NCBI GenBank assembly: GCA_030683105.1
Contig: JAUXMZ010000069.1
Span: 11,665 to 75,664 of the forward strand
Direction of reading: 5' to 3'
Length of the DNA: 64,000 bases
Origin: Burkholderiales bacterium
Lineage (GTDB): Bacteria > Pseudomonadota > Gammaproteobacteria > Burkholderiales > SG8-41
Part shown: positions 31,280-42,471 of the stretch, piece after piece
Position numbering within the stretch: position 1 is the stretch's first letter
How the letters are laid out: every line of letters begins with the position of its first letter
Translations under genes and position numbers: made by a program
The notes under the pieces: model-generated
Database searches by the model: none
Seen by the model: only the letters and a program-made list of their open reading frames with translations
What the model was told of the DNA's origin: nothing

Positions 31280-32545
31280 ATGCGGCACTGTAACGAATCG
31301 GCTCCGAAAATCCAACCCGTGTTGCGCTGGCTGGCCCTCAGCGCAGCGCTATGGCTTGCGGGCTGCGAAACGCTCGCCCCTACCCCTGTTCCGCCCGTGC
31401 CGGCCCCACCCCCGGTGGTGAAACCCGCTCCCCCAGTGGTAATTCCGGCCCCGCCAACGGTGGTAACGCCGCCCCCCGCCGCCGGCGTCATGCGCCCGGC
31501 GTCATGGGCCGATCTGCCTGACTGGCGCGAGGACAATCCAGCGCTGGCCTGGGATGCGTTTCTCGTCAGTTGCAGCACGCTCAAAAACCGGGACCACTGG
31601 CGCGACATTTGTACCGTCGCGCTGCAAATCAGCACACCCGACCGCGACGCTGCGCGCCGTTTTTTTGAACTCAACTTCACGCCCTATCAGCTGATCAATC
31701 CCGAAGGCAACGGCGAGGGGCTGATTACCGGCTATTACGAACCCCTGCTGCGCGGCAGCCGCAAGCCCTCGAAAATTTATCGCTATCCGGTCTATGCCGT
31801 GCCCGAAGACCTGCTGGTCGTCGATCTCGCCGAACTGTATCCCGAGCTCAAAGGCATGCGTCTGCGCGGCCGGCTGGAAGGGCGGCGTATCGTGCCCTAC
31901 TTCGACCGCGCGCAAATCGCGGACGGCAAGGCCGCGGTGCGGGGCAAGGAGCTGGTCTGGGTCGACGATCCGATCGATCTGTTCTTCCTGCAAATCCAGG
32001 GCTCGGGCCGTGTCCAGCTCGACAATGGCGACACCCTGCGTCTGGGTTATGCCGATCAAAACGGCCATCCCTACCGGTCCATCGGCCGCTGGCTGGTCGA
32101 GCGCGGGGAACTGCAGCTCGAGAAAGCCTCCATGCAGGGCATCAAGGCGTGGGCACGGCAGAATCCGGCGCAACTCGCCGAGTTGTTGAACCATAACGCG
32201 AGTTATGTCTTTTTTCGCGAATTGCCTGCCGGGTTACCGGGTCCGCTGGGCGCGCTTGGCGTGCCGCTGACCGCGCAACGCAGCGTGGCCATAGACTCGC
32301 GGTATGTGCCGCTGGGCGCGCCGGTGTTCCTCGCGACGACCTGGCCTAATTCGAGCCGCCCGCTTAACCGCCTGATGCTGGCCCAGGACACCGGCGGCGC
32401 CATCCGCGGCGTCGTGCGCGCGGATTTCTTCTGGGGTTTCGGCGAGGAGGCTGCGCGCGAAGCGGGACGCATGAAACAACTCCTGCGCATGTGGGTATTG
32501 CTGCCCAACGCCTATCCGGTTGCCCCTGGGGATGTCGTCCGTTAG
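31280..32545 (+). CDS. mltA: Membrane-bound lytic murein transglycosylase A
   Basis: Lipobox LAGC, TGYYEP, LQIQGSG, AQDTGGAI; start uncertain. Confidence 0.92.
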   Translation: MRHCNESAPKIQPVLRWLALSAALWLAGCETLAPTPVPPVPAPPPVVKPAPPVVIPAPPTVVTPPPAAGVMRPASWADLPDWREDNPALAWDAFLVSCSTLKNRDHWRDICTVALQISTPDRDAARRFFELNFTPYQLINPEGNGEGLITGYYEPLLRGSRKPSKIYRYPVYAVPEDLLVVDLAELYPELKGMRLRGRLEGRRIVPYFDRAQIADGKAAVRGKELVWVDDPIDLFFLQIQGSGRVQLDNGDTLRLGYADQNGHPYRSIGRWLVERGELQLEKASMQGIKAWARQNPAQLAELLNHNASYVFFRELPAGLPGPLGALGVPLTAQRSVAIDSRYVPLGAPVFLATTWPNSSRPLNRLMLAQDTGGAIRGVVRADFFWGFGEEAAREAGRMKQLLRMWVLLPNAYPVAPGDVVR

Positions 32546-33255
32546 GGCCTGCCTTCGGTATCGTCTGGCCGGTAATCGACACTGATCAGCACCCGGCTTT
32601 TCACGGCGCGGCCGTCTTTGCGTGCAGGCGAAAAGCGCGCGTCCGAAAACGCGGTGCGTACCGAATTTTCGAAAAACCGGGCTGACCCGGCCTCGACAAT
32701 CGAGAGCTCGCGCACCCCACCTGTTTCATCGATCAGCACCATCAGCAGCACCCTGCCGCCCGCATAGTCGTAAGCGCCATGTCGCGGATATTCCAGGTTC
32801 ACCGGCTGCACCAGCACGGGGTAAACATCGAGTTGGCGCGCCGGGTAATACTCCGGATCGGAAAGCGGCGGCAGTGCGGAAGCAGGGTTGCGTGCAGCCG
32901 TCATCACCTGCACGGGCGCTGCCGCAGGTAGCGGCAGTGTCGCGGCGGTTTCCCGCTCGTTATCGTCGGCCGGCCGGGTACGGGTCAGTGAATCAGTAAC
33001 ACGCCTGACTATCACCATCGCATCGTCCTGCTGCGGCGGCGGCTCGGCAAGCGAATGCTCCGGGATGTCCAGCCGTGCGGTTATAGTCGACTGACCGCCC
33101 GACGGTGCATGTCCGGTCGTACTCACCGTCACCCCACCGGCAAGCCCCAGATGAATGAGTACGGAAAAGGTAATTGCAACAGCCAGCCTGACCCGATCCC
33201 GCGGCACATACCGTGGCGTTGCGAGTTGTACGGTAAATCCGGGAAAGGCGGCCAT
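32542..33255 (-). CDS. Energy transducer TonB family protein
   Basis: N-terminal TM, Pro/Ala linker, YP...GRVLL.VLIDETG.V, ARFSPA. Confidence 0.75.
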   Translation of the reverse strand: MAAFPGFTVQLATPRYVPRDRVRLAVAITFSVLIHLGLAGGVTVSTTGHAPSGGQSTITARLDIPEHSLAEPPPQQDDAMVIVRRVTDSLTRTRPADDNERETAATLPLPAAAPVQVMTAARNPASALPPLSDPEYYPARQLDVYPVLVQPVNLEYPRHGAYDYAGGRVLLMVLIDETGGVRELSIVEAGSARFFENSVRTAFSDARFSPARKDGRAVKSRVLISVDYRPDDTEGRP

Positions 33256-33311
33256 ACCGCCTGTAACGCCGTACCGCGCGTGCTGTTGACTCCGGGCGCA
33301 GCGCCAAGCGC

Positions 33312-34031
33312 TTACTTCACCGAGTTCAGCGCCTGCTCGATCTTATCCAGGGGCAGATAGCCCCCGATCTGCTGGCCATTGGCAAGATAAATCGCCGGGG
33401 TGCCGCGCACTCCAAACCGCTGCGCGAGCTGAACGGTTTTCTCTATCGGCGTGTCACAGGTCTTGCTCCCGCCGGGCACCACCCCCTTGCTCAGCAAATC
33501 ATCCCATGCCTTGCCGCGGTCCTTGGCACACCACACCGCCTTGGATTTTTCCACCGAGTCCGGCGGAGAAACGATAGGCAGCAGGAAGGTGTAGATGGTG
33601 ACGTTGTTCAGCTTGACGAGTTCCTCCTGCAACTTCTTGCAATAGCCGCAGTTCGGATCCTCGAACGTATAGAGTATGCGCTTGCCGCTGCCCTTGACGC
33701 GCTTGATGGCAAGGTCCTGCGATTTAGCCAGGGTTTGTGTGGCAAGCTGTGCCTCGCGTTCCGCCGTCAGATTGCGCAACTCGGGTGTCTTCGAATCGAA
33801 CAGCACGCCGCGCAACACGTAGTTGACCTTTTCATCGACATAGAAAATCTGGCCCTGGGCCACGACTTCCCAGATGCCCGCAATTGGCGACTTCGCCACG
33901 CTTTCCACGGGCATTTCGGCGAATTTTGACTGGAACGCCTGGCGTATAGCGTTCTCGTTAGCACCGGCAGCCGGGGAAAACACCACCGCGGCAGTCAATA
34001 AGCAGATCGTGAAGATTCGAAACATGGTCAT
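33312..34031 (-). CDS. dsbC: Thiol:disulfide interchange protein DsbC
   Basis: Signal peptide, DPNCGYC, GVRGTP. Confidence 0.9.
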   Translation of the reverse strand: MTMFRIFTICLLTAAVVFSPAAGANENAIRQAFQSKFAEMPVESVAKSPIAGIWEVVAQGQIFYVDEKVNYVLRGVLFDSKTPELRNLTAEREAQLATQTLAKSQDLAIKRVKGSGKRILYTFEDPNCGYCKKLQEELVKLNNVTIYTFLLPIVSPPDSVEKSKAVWCAKDRGKAWDDLLSKGVVPGGSKTCDTPIEKTVQLAQRFGVRGTPAIYLANGQQIGGYLPLDKIEQALNSVK

Positions 34032-34061
34032 CCTTAGGTTAAATAAATAATGTGGAAAATG

Positions 34062-35234
34062 TCACGACACCGCCTGTTGCACTAACAGGCGCTTGAGCTG
34101 CGGTTGACTGTTGACCAACTCAAGCCCCAGATTGCGCGCCCTGGATAACCAGACCGCGTCGTAGTTGAAAAGTTTCTGCAACGCATCGGTAGTAAGTTGC
34201 AGCGTTACGATGTCCTCTTTGCGCGCCCGCTCGTAACGCCGCAGCAGCGCGTAGTCGCCGCAATCGCCTTGCGCCCCGCGCTCGAGCAGGACTGCCGCAA
34301 GCTCGCGCGCATCACGTAAGCCAAGATTGACGCCCTGCCCGGCCAACGGGTGGACATTATGCGCGGCGTCCCCTACCAGCGCAATCCTGGATTTAACAAT
34401 ATTTTCAACGCGTTGCAATCTGAGCGGGAAAGCTGCCGGCGCCGTGATGAGTTCCAGCCTGCCGAGCGCGCCACCGCTTGCGGCTTTAACTTCATCTGCG
34501 AGCGCCGCAGGCGTCAGCGCCAGCAATTCGCGGCCATGCGACTCGGGCGTCGACCACACCATGGATACACGGCGCTCTGGCAGCGGCAGCAGCGCCAGGA
34601 TGCCGTCGCGCAGGAACCACTGATACGCGATGCCGCGATGCGCCAGCTCGGTTGAAAAATTGGCAACCACGCCCAGGTGGCCATAGTCGCGCGGCGTAAT
34701 GTCTATGCCGGCCTGGCTACGCAGCCATGACTCACCGCCATCAGCACCCACGGTCAGTTTTGCGTCCAGTGCCATGCCATCATCAAGCAACAACCGCGCA
34801 CCGCGGTCATCCCATTCGACGGAAGCGCAACGCGCCGGGCTGAATACGTTCACGTGCTCTGCGCGCTGCAGACAGTGCCACAGCGCGATGTGGAGCAGGC
34901 GGTTCTCGGCAATGAACGCCAGTTCGCGCAGGCCGGCATCATATGCACTGAAATCGAGGCGCGAATGCGCGTCATCGCCGCAGACCTGCATAGCCTCGAC
35001 CCGCGTGACGCGATCCTGCGGCACGCCCTGCCATGCGCCGCAACGCTCCAGAAACGCAGCACTGCCGGGGCTGATCGCGTAAACGCGACTGTCCCATGAG
35101 CCATCGTCAGGGACGGACTGCGGCGGGCGCGGTTCGATTACGGCGACGCTCAACCCCGCGGGCTTGAGCGCCAGCGCGAGGCTGGCGCCAACCAGGCCAC
35201 CGCCGACGATGATGACATCGAATGAATGTGACAT
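34062..35234 (-). CDS. UbiH/UbiF/VisC family FAD-dependent hydroxylase
   Basis: GGGLVG, GADG, GDAAHNVHPLAGQGVNLG. Confidence 0.92.
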   Translation of the reverse strand: MSHSFDVIIVGGGLVGASLALALKPAGLSVAVIEPRPPQSVPDDGSWDSRVYAISPGSAAFLERCGAWQGVPQDRVTRVEAMQVCGDDAHSRLDFSAYDAGLRELAFIAENRLLHIALWHCLQRAEHVNVFSPARCASVEWDDRGARLLLDDGMALDAKLTVGADGGESWLRSQAGIDITPRDYGHLGVVANFSTELAHRGIAYQWFLRDGILALLPLPERRVSMVWSTPESHGRELLALTPAALADEVKAASGGALGRLELITAPAAFPLRLQRVENIVKSRIALVGDAAHNVHPLAGQGVNLGLRDARELAAVLLERGAQGDCGDYALLRRYERARKEDIVTLQLTTDALQKLFNYDAVWLSRARNLGLELVNSQPQLKRLLVQQAVS

Positions 35235-35512
35235 GCGGGAATACGATGAATACTGGAAACTGTTGCCGATTATTCGAACCTGTTGGCCAGCGTGCCTATG
35301 CCTGGTGATTCCGGATTTTATGGAACCGGCGTCGAGTTCGAAGCGCAGTCATTTCGCCACCGCTGTTTTCAGCCTTTTTCTGCCTAAGTCTTTATTTCAC
35401 AATGTGATAACATCAGTGTGGGTTGCCATCAAGATAACATTCCCGATCCGGGCGGACAATCACAAACACTGGATTATTAACCTGAATCCGGATAAGACAC
35501 CAGGCGCATGGC

Positions 35513-35541
35513 TTGACAAGAATACCCCTCCTAATTAGACT
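35513..35541 (+). promoter_or_regulatory. Sigma70 promoter of the tRNA gene
   Basis: TTGACA (35513) - 17 nt - TAGACT (35536), followed by GC-rich discriminator. Confidence 0.75.
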
Positions 35542-35555
35542 GCGCCGCTTCCTGT

Positions 35556-35631
35556 GGCGAGTTAGCTCAGCGGTTAGAGCAGCGGAATCATAATCCGTTG
35601 GTCCGGGGTTCAAATCCCTGACTCGCCACCA
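35556..35631 (+). tRNA. tRNA-Met (CAT), probably elongator; Ile2 not excluded
   Basis: GGCGAGT/ACTCGCC acceptor stem, TAGCTCAG D-arm, GCGGA-ATCATAA-TCCGT anticodon arm, TTCAAAT T-loop, CCA end; 76 nt. Confidence 0.92.
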
Positions 35632-35642
35632 CCTCCCATTAT

Positions 35643-35684
35643 TCATTACTATATGGTCAGCGCTCATTACTATATGGTCAGCGC
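35643..35684. repeat. Perfect 21-bp tandem duplication after tRNA
   Basis: tcattactatatggtcagcgc x2. Confidence 0.85.
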
Positions 35685-35756
35685 TACACGGCGACCCGCG
35701 GACTATACTCGGCATAACCATTGAAGTATTTGATTACATTATGTTATCGTGAACCA

Positions 35757-36086
35757 ATGCGAATAGGGATCGCCGCTATTGCTTTGGGTCTGGCGCTGGC
35801 CGCTCCCGGCCACGCCCAGATGTCGCGCGCGTTTCCGGCGAACGGCAAGCTCGGCGAGCTGACGGGCCAGCAACATCCGTTGCCTATGGTACAGATCGAC
35901 CGGGCTGTCGTCCGGCTTGCGCCGGGAGCGCGGATCGTCGATCAGAACAACCGCAGCATAGTGCATGGCGCCCTGCCGGACTACGCCCAGGTGCTGTATG
36001 TGCTCGACATCAGCGGCGATATTTCGCGCATCATCATCCTGACGCCCGAGGAAGTGGCCCGCGTCCAGCAAACCATCCGGCCTTGA
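35757..36086 (+). CDS. Exported hypothetical protein
   Basis: Signal peptide ending GHA; [14 protein letters not shown]; immediately upstream of miaB. Confidence 0.7.
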   Translation: MRIGIAAIALGLALAAPGHAQMSRAFPANGKLGELTGQQHPLPMVQIDRAVVRLAPGARIVDQNNRSIVHGALPDYAQVLYVLDISGDISRIIILTPEEVARVQQTIRP

Positions 36087-36090
36087 AGCC

Positions 36091-37434
36091 GTGAGCAAGA
36101 AAGTCTATATCAAGACCTTCGGCTGCCAGATGAACGAGTACGACTCGGGCAAGATGGCCGGCGTGTTGCGTTCGGCGCGCGACATGGAAACAACCGAAGA
36201 CCCCGCCGCGGCCGACCTGATCCTGTTCAATACCTGCTCGGTGCGCGAAAAAGCCCAGGAAAAAGTGTTTCATGACCTGGGGCGGATCAGACACCTCAAA
36301 CACGCTAATCCCCGGATGCTGATCGGTGTTGGCGGCTGTGTCGCCAGCCAGGAAGGGGCGGCGATCGTCGCGCGCGCACCGTTCGTCGACCTGGTGTTCG
36401 GACCGCAGACGCTGCACCGCCTGCCGCAGATGATAGAGGCGCGCCTGGCCAGCGGCAAACCGCAGGTCGATATCTCGTTCCCCGAGATTGAAAAGTTCGA
36501 TGCGCTGCCGCCGACGCGCGCCGGCAGCGCCACCGCGGTCATGTCCATCATGGAAGGCTGCAGCAAATACTGCACGTTCTGCGTCGTGCCCTACACCCGC
36601 GGCGAGGAAATATCGCGCCCGTTCGACGACGTTCTGACCGAGGCCGCCGAATTTGCCGAACAGGGCGCGAAGGAAATCACGCTGCTCGGACAAAACGTCA
36701 ATGCCTACCGCGGCGCAATGGCGCAGGGGGAAACCGCTGATTTTGCCCTGCTGCTCGAATACATCGCCGAAATTCCCGGCATCGAGCGCATCCGCTACTC
36801 GACTTCCCACCCCAGGGAATTTACCCAGCGCCTGATCGATGCCCATGACCGTATCCCCAAGCTTGTCGGACACGTGCACCTGCCGGTCCAGTCCGGCTCG
36901 GACCGCATACTGGCGGCGATGAAGCGCGGCTACACGGCACTCGAGTATAAGGCCATCATCCGCCGCCTGCGCGAGAAGCGCCCCGACATCTCGATCACGT
37001 CGGACTTTATCGTCGGCTTCCCGGGAGAAACTGACGCCGATTTCGCCGCAACGATGCGGCTGATCGATGAGATCGGCTTTGACACGAGTTTCAGTTTTCT
37101 TTACAGCCGCCGGCCAGGCACGCCGGCCGCAGAACTCGCCGACGACACCCCGCTCACCGTCAAGCAGGAACGGCTGCAGCGCCTGCAGACGCGCATCAAG
37201 GAACAGGCAGCCGCCATCAGCCGCAACATGGTAAGCACGCGCCAGCGCGCGCTGGTCGATGGCGTGTCGAAAAAAAATGCCGGGGAACTCGCAGGCCGCA
37301 CCGACAATAACCGCGTGGTCAATTTCAGCGGGCCGCACCGGCTCATCGGTCAGTTTGTCGATGTGACGATCACGTCGGCACAGCCGAATTCACTGCGCGG
37401 CGAAGCGCTCATTTTAGAGCCCCAGATCTCATGA
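36091..37434 (+). CDS. miaB: tRNA methylthiotransferase MiaB
   Basis: [11 protein letters not shown], CxxxCxxC (GCSKYCTFC), C-terminal TRAM domain. Confidence 0.96.
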   Translation: MSKKVYIKTFGCQMNEYDSGKMAGVLRSARDMETTEDPAAADLILFNTCSVREKAQEKVFHDLGRIRHLKHANPRMLIGVGGCVASQEGAAIVARAPFVDLVFGPQTLHRLPQMIEARLASGKPQVDISFPEIEKFDALPPTRAGSATAVMSIMEGCSKYCTFCVVPYTRGEEISRPFDDVLTEAAEFAEQGAKEITLLGQNVNAYRGAMAQGETADFALLLEYIAEIPGIERIRYSTSHPREFTQRLIDAHDRIPKLVGHVHLPVQSGSDRILAAMKRGYTALEYKAIIRRLREKRPDISITSDFIVGFPGETDADFAATMRLIDEIGFDTSFSFLYSRRPGTPAAELADDTPLTVKQERLQRLQTRIKEQAAAISRNMVSTRQRALVDGVSKKNAGELAGRTDNNRVVNFSGPHRLIGQFVDVTITSAQPNSLRGEALILEPQIS

Positions 37435-38411
37435 AACCGGTCGAAATCGCATTTACGCCGATCGACAACCTGCGCCTTGCCAACCTCTGCGGCGCGCTGG
37501 ACGAGAACCTGCGCCAGATCGAGATCGCTCTCGATGTCAGCATCGCGCGGCACGGCGAGCGCTTTGCGCTGACCGGAAAACCGGAACAGGCGAGAATTGC
37601 CGCCAAGGCATTACAAGGCTTTTATCAGAAGTCAGACAACATCCTGACCCTGGAAGATGTCCAACTCGGCGTGCTTGAGGCGGCCAATCCGCGGCCCGCC
37701 GCGGGAGCAGCCGATACGCCCGTACTCCTCACGCGGCGCCAGGATCTGCACGGCCGCACGCCGCGCCAGGTCCAGTATTTGCACAATATCCAGACTCACG
37801 ACATCACGTTCAGCATCGGTCCGGCCGGCACCGGCAAGACCTATCTTGCGGTCGCCTGCGCCGTCGATGCCCTGGAGCGCGACAGCGTCAAGCGCATCGT
37901 GCTGGTGCGGCCCGCGGTCGAGGCCGGGGAACGCCTGGGCTTCCTGCCCGGAGACATGGCTCAGAAGGTCGATCCCTATCTGCGGCCGCTTTACGATGCA
38001 CTGTATGACCTGATGGGCTTCGACAAGGTCACCAAGATGTTCGAGCGCAGCGCGATAGAGGTTGCACCGCTGGCCTTCATGCGCGGCCGCACGCTCAATC
38101 ATTCGTTCGTGATCCTCGACGAAGCGCAGAACACCACCCCCGAACAGATGAAAATGTTTCTGACCCGCATCGGCTTCGGCAGCAAGGCGGTGATCACCGG
38201 CGATATCACCCAGATTGACCTGCAGCGGGGCCAGAAAAGCGGCCTGATCGAGGCGCGAGAGGTGCTGAGCAAAGTGCGCGGCATCGTCTTCTCTTACTTC
38301 GAAAGCGAGGACGTGGTGCGACACCCGCTGGTGCAGCGCATCGTCAATGCCTACGAAAGCCATGTGTTCAGCGCGCCGAAGACCGCAACCGGCAGAGGGA
38401 AAAAACCGTGA
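37431..38411 (+). CDS. phoH: PhoH family ATPase (YbeZ)
   Basis: [27 protein letters not shown]. Confidence 0.93.
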   Translation: MKPVEIAFTPIDNLRLANLCGALDENLRQIEIALDVSIARHGERFALTGKPEQARIAAKALQGFYQKSDNILTLEDVQLGVLEAANPRPAAGAADTPVLLTRRQDLHGRTPRQVQYLHNIQTHDITFSIGPAGTGKTYLAVACAVDALERDSVKRIVLVRPAVEAGERLGFLPGDMAQKVDPYLRPLYDALYDLMGFDKVTKMFERSAIEVAPLAFMRGRTLNHSFVILDEAQNTTPEQMKMFLTRIGFGSKAVITGDITQIDLQRGQKSGLIEAREVLSKVRGIVFSYFESEDVVRHPLVQRIVNAYESHVFSAPKTATGRGKKP

Positions 38412-38893
38412 CCGCCGCGAACCAGACCCGCAGCCCGCGGCTTGCGCTCAGCGTGCAGCATGGCATTGCCGCAAGCAATCTGCCCTCGCGCTTCCAGCTG
38501 CGAAAATGGGCGCGCGCAGCACTCGAACATGACGCGAAGATCGCGGTGCGTATTGTGGGCCAGTCCGAAGGCCGGATGCTGAACCGCAGTTATCGCCACA
38601 AGGACTATGCGACCAATGTCCTGACCTTCATATTCCGGGAGACGCCGCCGTTCGAGGGCGACCTTGCGCTGTGCGCGCCGGTGATTACGCGCGAAGCCCG
38701 CGAGCAGGGCAAAAGCGTTGCTGCGCACTACGCGCATCTGGTGGTGCACGGCGTGCTGCATCTGCAGGGCTACGGCCACGAAAAAAAATCCGATGCCCGG
38801 GTCATGGAAAAGCGGGAATCACAGATCATCACCCAATTGGGCTATGCTGATCCTTACGGACGAGAGGCGAGAGGGGTGAGGCGTCAGGCGTAA
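38408..38893 (+). CDS. ybeY: rRNA maturation RNase YbeY
   Basis: TNVLTF, HGVLHLQGYGH. Confidence 0.94.
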   Translation: MTAANQTRSPRLALSVQHGIAASNLPSRFQLRKWARAALEHDAKIAVRIVGQSEGRMLNRSYRHKDYATNVLTFIFRETPPFEGDLALCAPVITREAREQGKSVAAHYAHLVVHGVLHLQGYGHEKKSDARVMEKRESQIITQLGYADPYGREARGVRRQA

Positions 38894-38941
38894 GGCGTGG
38901 ATTGCAGCATTACGCCTCACTCCTCACTCTTCACTCCTCAC
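38861..38941. repeat. Inverted heptamer element overlapping ybeY stop
   Basis: Left cgagagg cgagagg ggtgagg cgtcagg cgtaagg; right ttacgcc tcactcc tcactct tcactcc. Confidence 0.8.
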
Positions 38942-38947
38942 CGATTT

Positions 38948-39778
38948 ATGGACGAACCCAACCACAAACCTTCCCTGCTCGAACGGCTTTCGGCGCTGCT
39001 CATGCGCGAGCCCGAGGACCGCGAACAACTGATCGAGTTGCTGCATTCCTCGTTCGAGCGCAATCTGCTCGACGCCGATGCGCTGGCAATGATCGAGGGC
39101 GTGCTGCAGGTTTCGGAAATGCAGGCGCGCGACATCATGGTGCCGCGCGCGCAGATGGACGTGATCGATATCGGCGAGTCGCCCGACCAGTTCATCCCGT
39201 CGGTGATCCAGACCGCGCACTCGCGTTTTCCCGTCATCAGCGAGAACAAGGACGATGTGATCGGCATCCTGCTCGCCAAGGACCTGCTGCGCTACTACGC
39301 CGGCGAGGAGGAGTTCAATGTGCGGGAGATGCTGCGCCCGGCGGTATTCATCCCCGAATCTAAGCCGCTCAACATCCTGCTCAAGGAATTCCGCAAAAAC
39401 CGCAACCACATCGCCATCGTCGTCGACGAATATGGCGGGGTCGCCGGCCTGGTCACGATAGAGGACGTGCTCGAACAAATCGTCGGCGATATCGAGGACG
39501 AGTACGACTTCGACGACATCGAAGACAATATCATCCCGGAAAAGAACGGCCAGTTCCGGGTCAAGGCGCTGACCGAAATCAGCGACTTCAACGAGGCTTT
39601 CAGCACGCGTTTCAGCGACGAGGAGTTCGATACCATAGGCGGGCTGATATTGAACCGCTTCGGGAAAATGCCGAAACGCGGCGAGCAGATCAGCCTCGAC
39701 AACCTGACTTTCAAGGTCCTGCGTTCCGACAGCCGCCGGCTGCACCTGCTACAGGTAACAAAAAAAACGGCCAAGTAA
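38948..39778 (+). CDS. corC: CorC/YbeX CBS-domain protein
   Basis: HSRFPV, VVDEYGG...TIEDVLEQIVGDIEDE, DTIGG. Confidence 0.92.
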   Translation: MDEPNHKPSLLERLSALLMREPEDREQLIELLHSSFERNLLDADALAMIEGVLQVSEMQARDIMVPRAQMDVIDIGESPDQFIPSVIQTAHSRFPVISENKDDVIGILLAKDLLRYYAGEEEFNVREMLRPAVFIPESKPLNILLKEFRKNRNHIAIVVDEYGGVAGLVTIEDVLEQIVGDIEDEYDFDDIEDNIIPEKNGQFRVKALTEISDFNEAFSTRFSDEEFDTIGGLILNRFGKMPKRGEQISLDNLTFKVLRSDSRRLHLLQVTKKTAK

Positions 39779-39782
39779 AAGG

Positions 39783-41435
39783 ATGGCGAACAAAAAAGCC
39801 GGTCAGGATACCCAAGGGGCTTCATCCTTCATCCTTCATCCTTCGTCCTTCAGAAACACCATCCTCCTTGCTTTTTTCCTGGGCGCGCTCACCGTGGCGG
39901 GGTTTGCACCGTTCTCCCTGTTTCCGCTGCCGGTACTCACGCTGGCGTTGCTGATGCGGCTGTGGACCATGCAGGCGCTGCCGCGCCGCGCCGCCGTTCT
40001 CGGTTTTGCGTTCGGGCTGGGCCTGTTTCTGTGCGGCGTGTCCTGGGTGTATATCAGTCTTCACGACTTCGGCGCCATGCCGGCAGCGCTCGCGGCGGCG
40101 GCGACATTGCTGTTCTGCATCTATCTTGCACTGTTCCCGGCGCTCGCCGGTTATCTGTTTGCGGCAACCGCGCTGCCCGTCGTCTTCCGGCTGACGCTGT
40201 TTCTCCCCGCGGCATGGACTGTGCTCGAGTGGACGCGGGGATGGCTGTTCACCGGGTTCCCATGGCTCGCGATCGGTTACTCCCAAGTCCCGCTGGGCCC
40301 GCTCGCGGGGTACGCGCCAGTGCTGGGCATCTATGGCGTGACGCTGGCCACGGTACTCAGCGCGGGACTGCTGGTCGTGCTGTGGCAGCACTGCACCGCC
40401 AATGCTGAATCCGGAATGATGAATGCGGAACAGCTGTCGCGAAAAGCGCGATTTTTTAAATTCATCGCTCATCGCTCATCGTTCATCATTTTGGCCCTCT
40501 GGCTTACCGGCTGGGCCTTGCAAAAGGTCGAATGGACACACCCCACCGGCGCTCCGTTGCAGGTCAGCCTGCTTCAGGGAAACATTCCGCAGGAACTCAA
40601 ATGGCGCGAAGACCACGTCAGGACCACCCTCGATTATTACCGCAACCTGGTCGAGACCAGCGACAGCCGGCTCATCATTCTTCCGGAAACCGCACTGCCG
40701 CTGTTTTTGCAGCATGTCCCCGCTGACTACCTGGAAACGCTTGCCGCACACGCGAAGAAACACAATGGCGACATCCTGGTCGGCGTTCCCGAAAGACTGA
40801 AAAGCGGCGATTATTACAACAGCGTGCTGTCGTTCGGCACGGCACCCACGCAAAGCTACCGCAAGTCCCATCTGGTGCCATTCGGGGAATACATCCCGCT
40901 GCGCCCCGTGCTCGGCGGAATCGTCGCCGTGCTTGCGATTCCGCTGCAGGACTTTGCGCGCGGCGAGACCACCCAGCAGCCGCTTAACGTCGCCGGGCAG
41001 CGTGTCGCAGTCAACATCTGTTATGAGGACGCGTTCGGGGAAGAAATCATCCGCCAGCTGCCGCAGGCAACGCTGCTCGTCAATGTCAGCAACGTCGCCT
41101 GGTTCGGCCGTTCGGTCGCCCCGCGGCAACATCTTCAGATCTCGCAGGCTCGCGCGCTCGAAACCGGGCGCTACATGCTGCGCGCCACCAATACCGGCGT
41201 CACGGGCGTGATCGATCAGCGCGGTCGCGTGGTACGCAGCGCACCCGAGTTCGCCACGGCCACCGTCACTCATTCTGTCCAGGGTTATCAGGGCGCGACC
41301 CCGTATGTCCGGTGGGGAAATTACGCGGTGCTGGCGCTGGCGCTGTTGCTGATGGCATCCGCCTTCGTGATACGCCATGTGCGCGCATCCAATAAACCAA
41401 CTCAACACCGCAAATTGCCGACTACGGGAACGTAA
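39783..41435 (+). CDS. lnt: Apolipoprotein N-acyltransferase
   Basis: [28 protein letters not shown]; contains repeat-derived in-frame segments. Confidence 0.94.
   Translation: MANKKAGQDTQGASSFILHPSSFRNTILLAFFLGALTVAGFAPFSLFPLPVLTLALLMRLWTMQALPRRAAVLGFAFGLGLFLCGVSWVYISLHDFGAMPAALAAAATLLFCIYLALFPALAGYLFAATALPVVFRLTLFLPAAWTVLEWTRGWLFTGFPWLAIGYSQVPLGPLAGYAPVLGIYGVTLATVLSAGLLVVLWQHCTANAESGMMNAEQLSRKARFFKFIAHRSSFIILALWLTGWALQKVEWTHPTGAPLQVSLLQGNIPQELKWREDHVRTTLDYYRNLVETSDSRLIILPETALPLFLQHVPADYLETLAAHAKKHNGDILVGVPERLKSGDYYNSVLSFGTAPTQSYRKSHLVPFGEYIPLRPVLGGIVAVLAIPLQDFARGETTQQPLNVAGQRVAVNICYEDAFGEEIIRQLPQATLLVNVSNVAWFGRSVAPRQHLQISQARALETGRYMLRATNTGVTGVIDQRGRVVRSAPEFATATVTHSVQGYQGATPYVRWGNYAVLALALLLMASAFVIRHVRASNKPTQHRKLPTTGT
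39821..39852. repeat. Heptamer array TTCATCC in lnt N-terminus
   Basis: ttcatcc x3, ttcgtcc, ttca. Confidence 0.85.
40401..40490. repeat. Inverted heptamer element in frame within lnt
   Basis: Left aatgctg aatccgg aatgatg aatgcgg aa; right t tcatcgc tcatcgc tcatcgt tcatcat t. Confidence 0.75.
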
Positions 41436-41529
41436 TTGCAGTTTTCCACCGCCGCGTTCCGCTACTCCACCAAAGCCTGTAAAATCCGTGCTTTCAAGCA
41501 ACGCACTGTTAAGCCCGACAGGCTGCTAC

Positions 41530-42471
41530 ATGCTCACCTTCCAGCAAGTAATCCTCCGGTTGCAGGACTATTGGGGCCAACAGGGCTGTGCACTGCTGCA
41601 GCCCTACGACATGGAAGTCGGTGCCGGTACCTCGCATACCGCGACCTTCCTGCGCGCCATCGGTCCCGAGCCCTGGCGCGCGGCCTATGTGCAGCCGTCG
41701 CGGCGCCCCAAGGATGGGCGCTATGGGGAAAACCCCAACCGCCTGCAACACTATTACCAGTATCAGGTGGTGCTCAAGCCCTCGCCGCTCGATATTCTGG
41801 AGCTGTATATCGGCTCGCTCGAAGCGCTCGGCATCGATCCCAAGGCGCACGACATCCGCTTCGTCGAGGACGACTGGGAAAACCCGACGCTGGGCGCCTG
41901 GGGCCTGGGCTGGGAGGTGTGGCTCAACGGCATGGAGGTCACGCAGTTCACCTATTTCCAGCAGATCGGCGGCCTGGACTGCAAGCCGATCACCGGCGAG
42001 ATCACCTATGGCATAGAGCGCCTCGCCATGTATCTGCAGGGCGTGGAAAACGTGTTCGACCTGGTGTGGACGCCCGGCGTCACTTACCGCGACGTCTATC
42101 ACCAGAACGAGGTCGAGCAGTCCACCTATAACTTCGAGCAGTCGAACGCCGCGATGCTGTTCGAACACTTCGGCCATTATGAGTCCGAGGCGAAGCGTTT
42201 GATGGAAGTGCAGCTTGCTCTGCCCGCCTACGAAATGGTGCTGAAGTGCGCACACACCTTCAATCTGCTCGATGCAAGGGGCGCGATCTCGGTCACAGAG
42301 CGCGCCGCCTATATCGGGCGCATTCGCAACATTGCGCGCAGCGTATCCCAGGCTTACTTCGACTCCCGGCTGCGCAGCGATTTTCCGATGTGCGCGCCAG
42401 GAGAGTTGCAGCGCCTGGGCATCGACCTTGCGGCGCTGAAAGCCGCGTTGCAGCAGCGGGAAGCGGCATGA
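41530..42471 (+). CDS. glyQ: Glycine--tRNA ligase alpha subunit
   Basis: [27 protein letters not shown]. Confidence 0.97.
   Translation: MLTFQQVILRLQDYWGQQGCALLQPYDMEVGAGTSHTATFLRAIGPEPWRAAYVQPSRRPKDGRYGENPNRLQHYYQYQVVLKPSPLDILELYIGSLEALGIDPKAHDIRFVEDDWENPTLGAWGLGWEVWLNGMEVTQFTYFQQIGGLDCKPITGEITYGIERLAMYLQGVENVFDLVWTPGVTYRDVYHQNEVEQSTYNFEQSNAAMLFEHFGHYESEAKRLMEVQLALPAYEMVLKCAHTFNLLDARGAISVTERAAYIGRIRNIARSVSQAYFDSRLRSDFPMCAPGELQRLGIDLAALKAALQQREAA

Noticed and set aside
35556-35760. Integrated island or prophage at the tRNA
   Set aside because: No integrase and no duplicated tRNA 3' end seen; housekeeping genes continue
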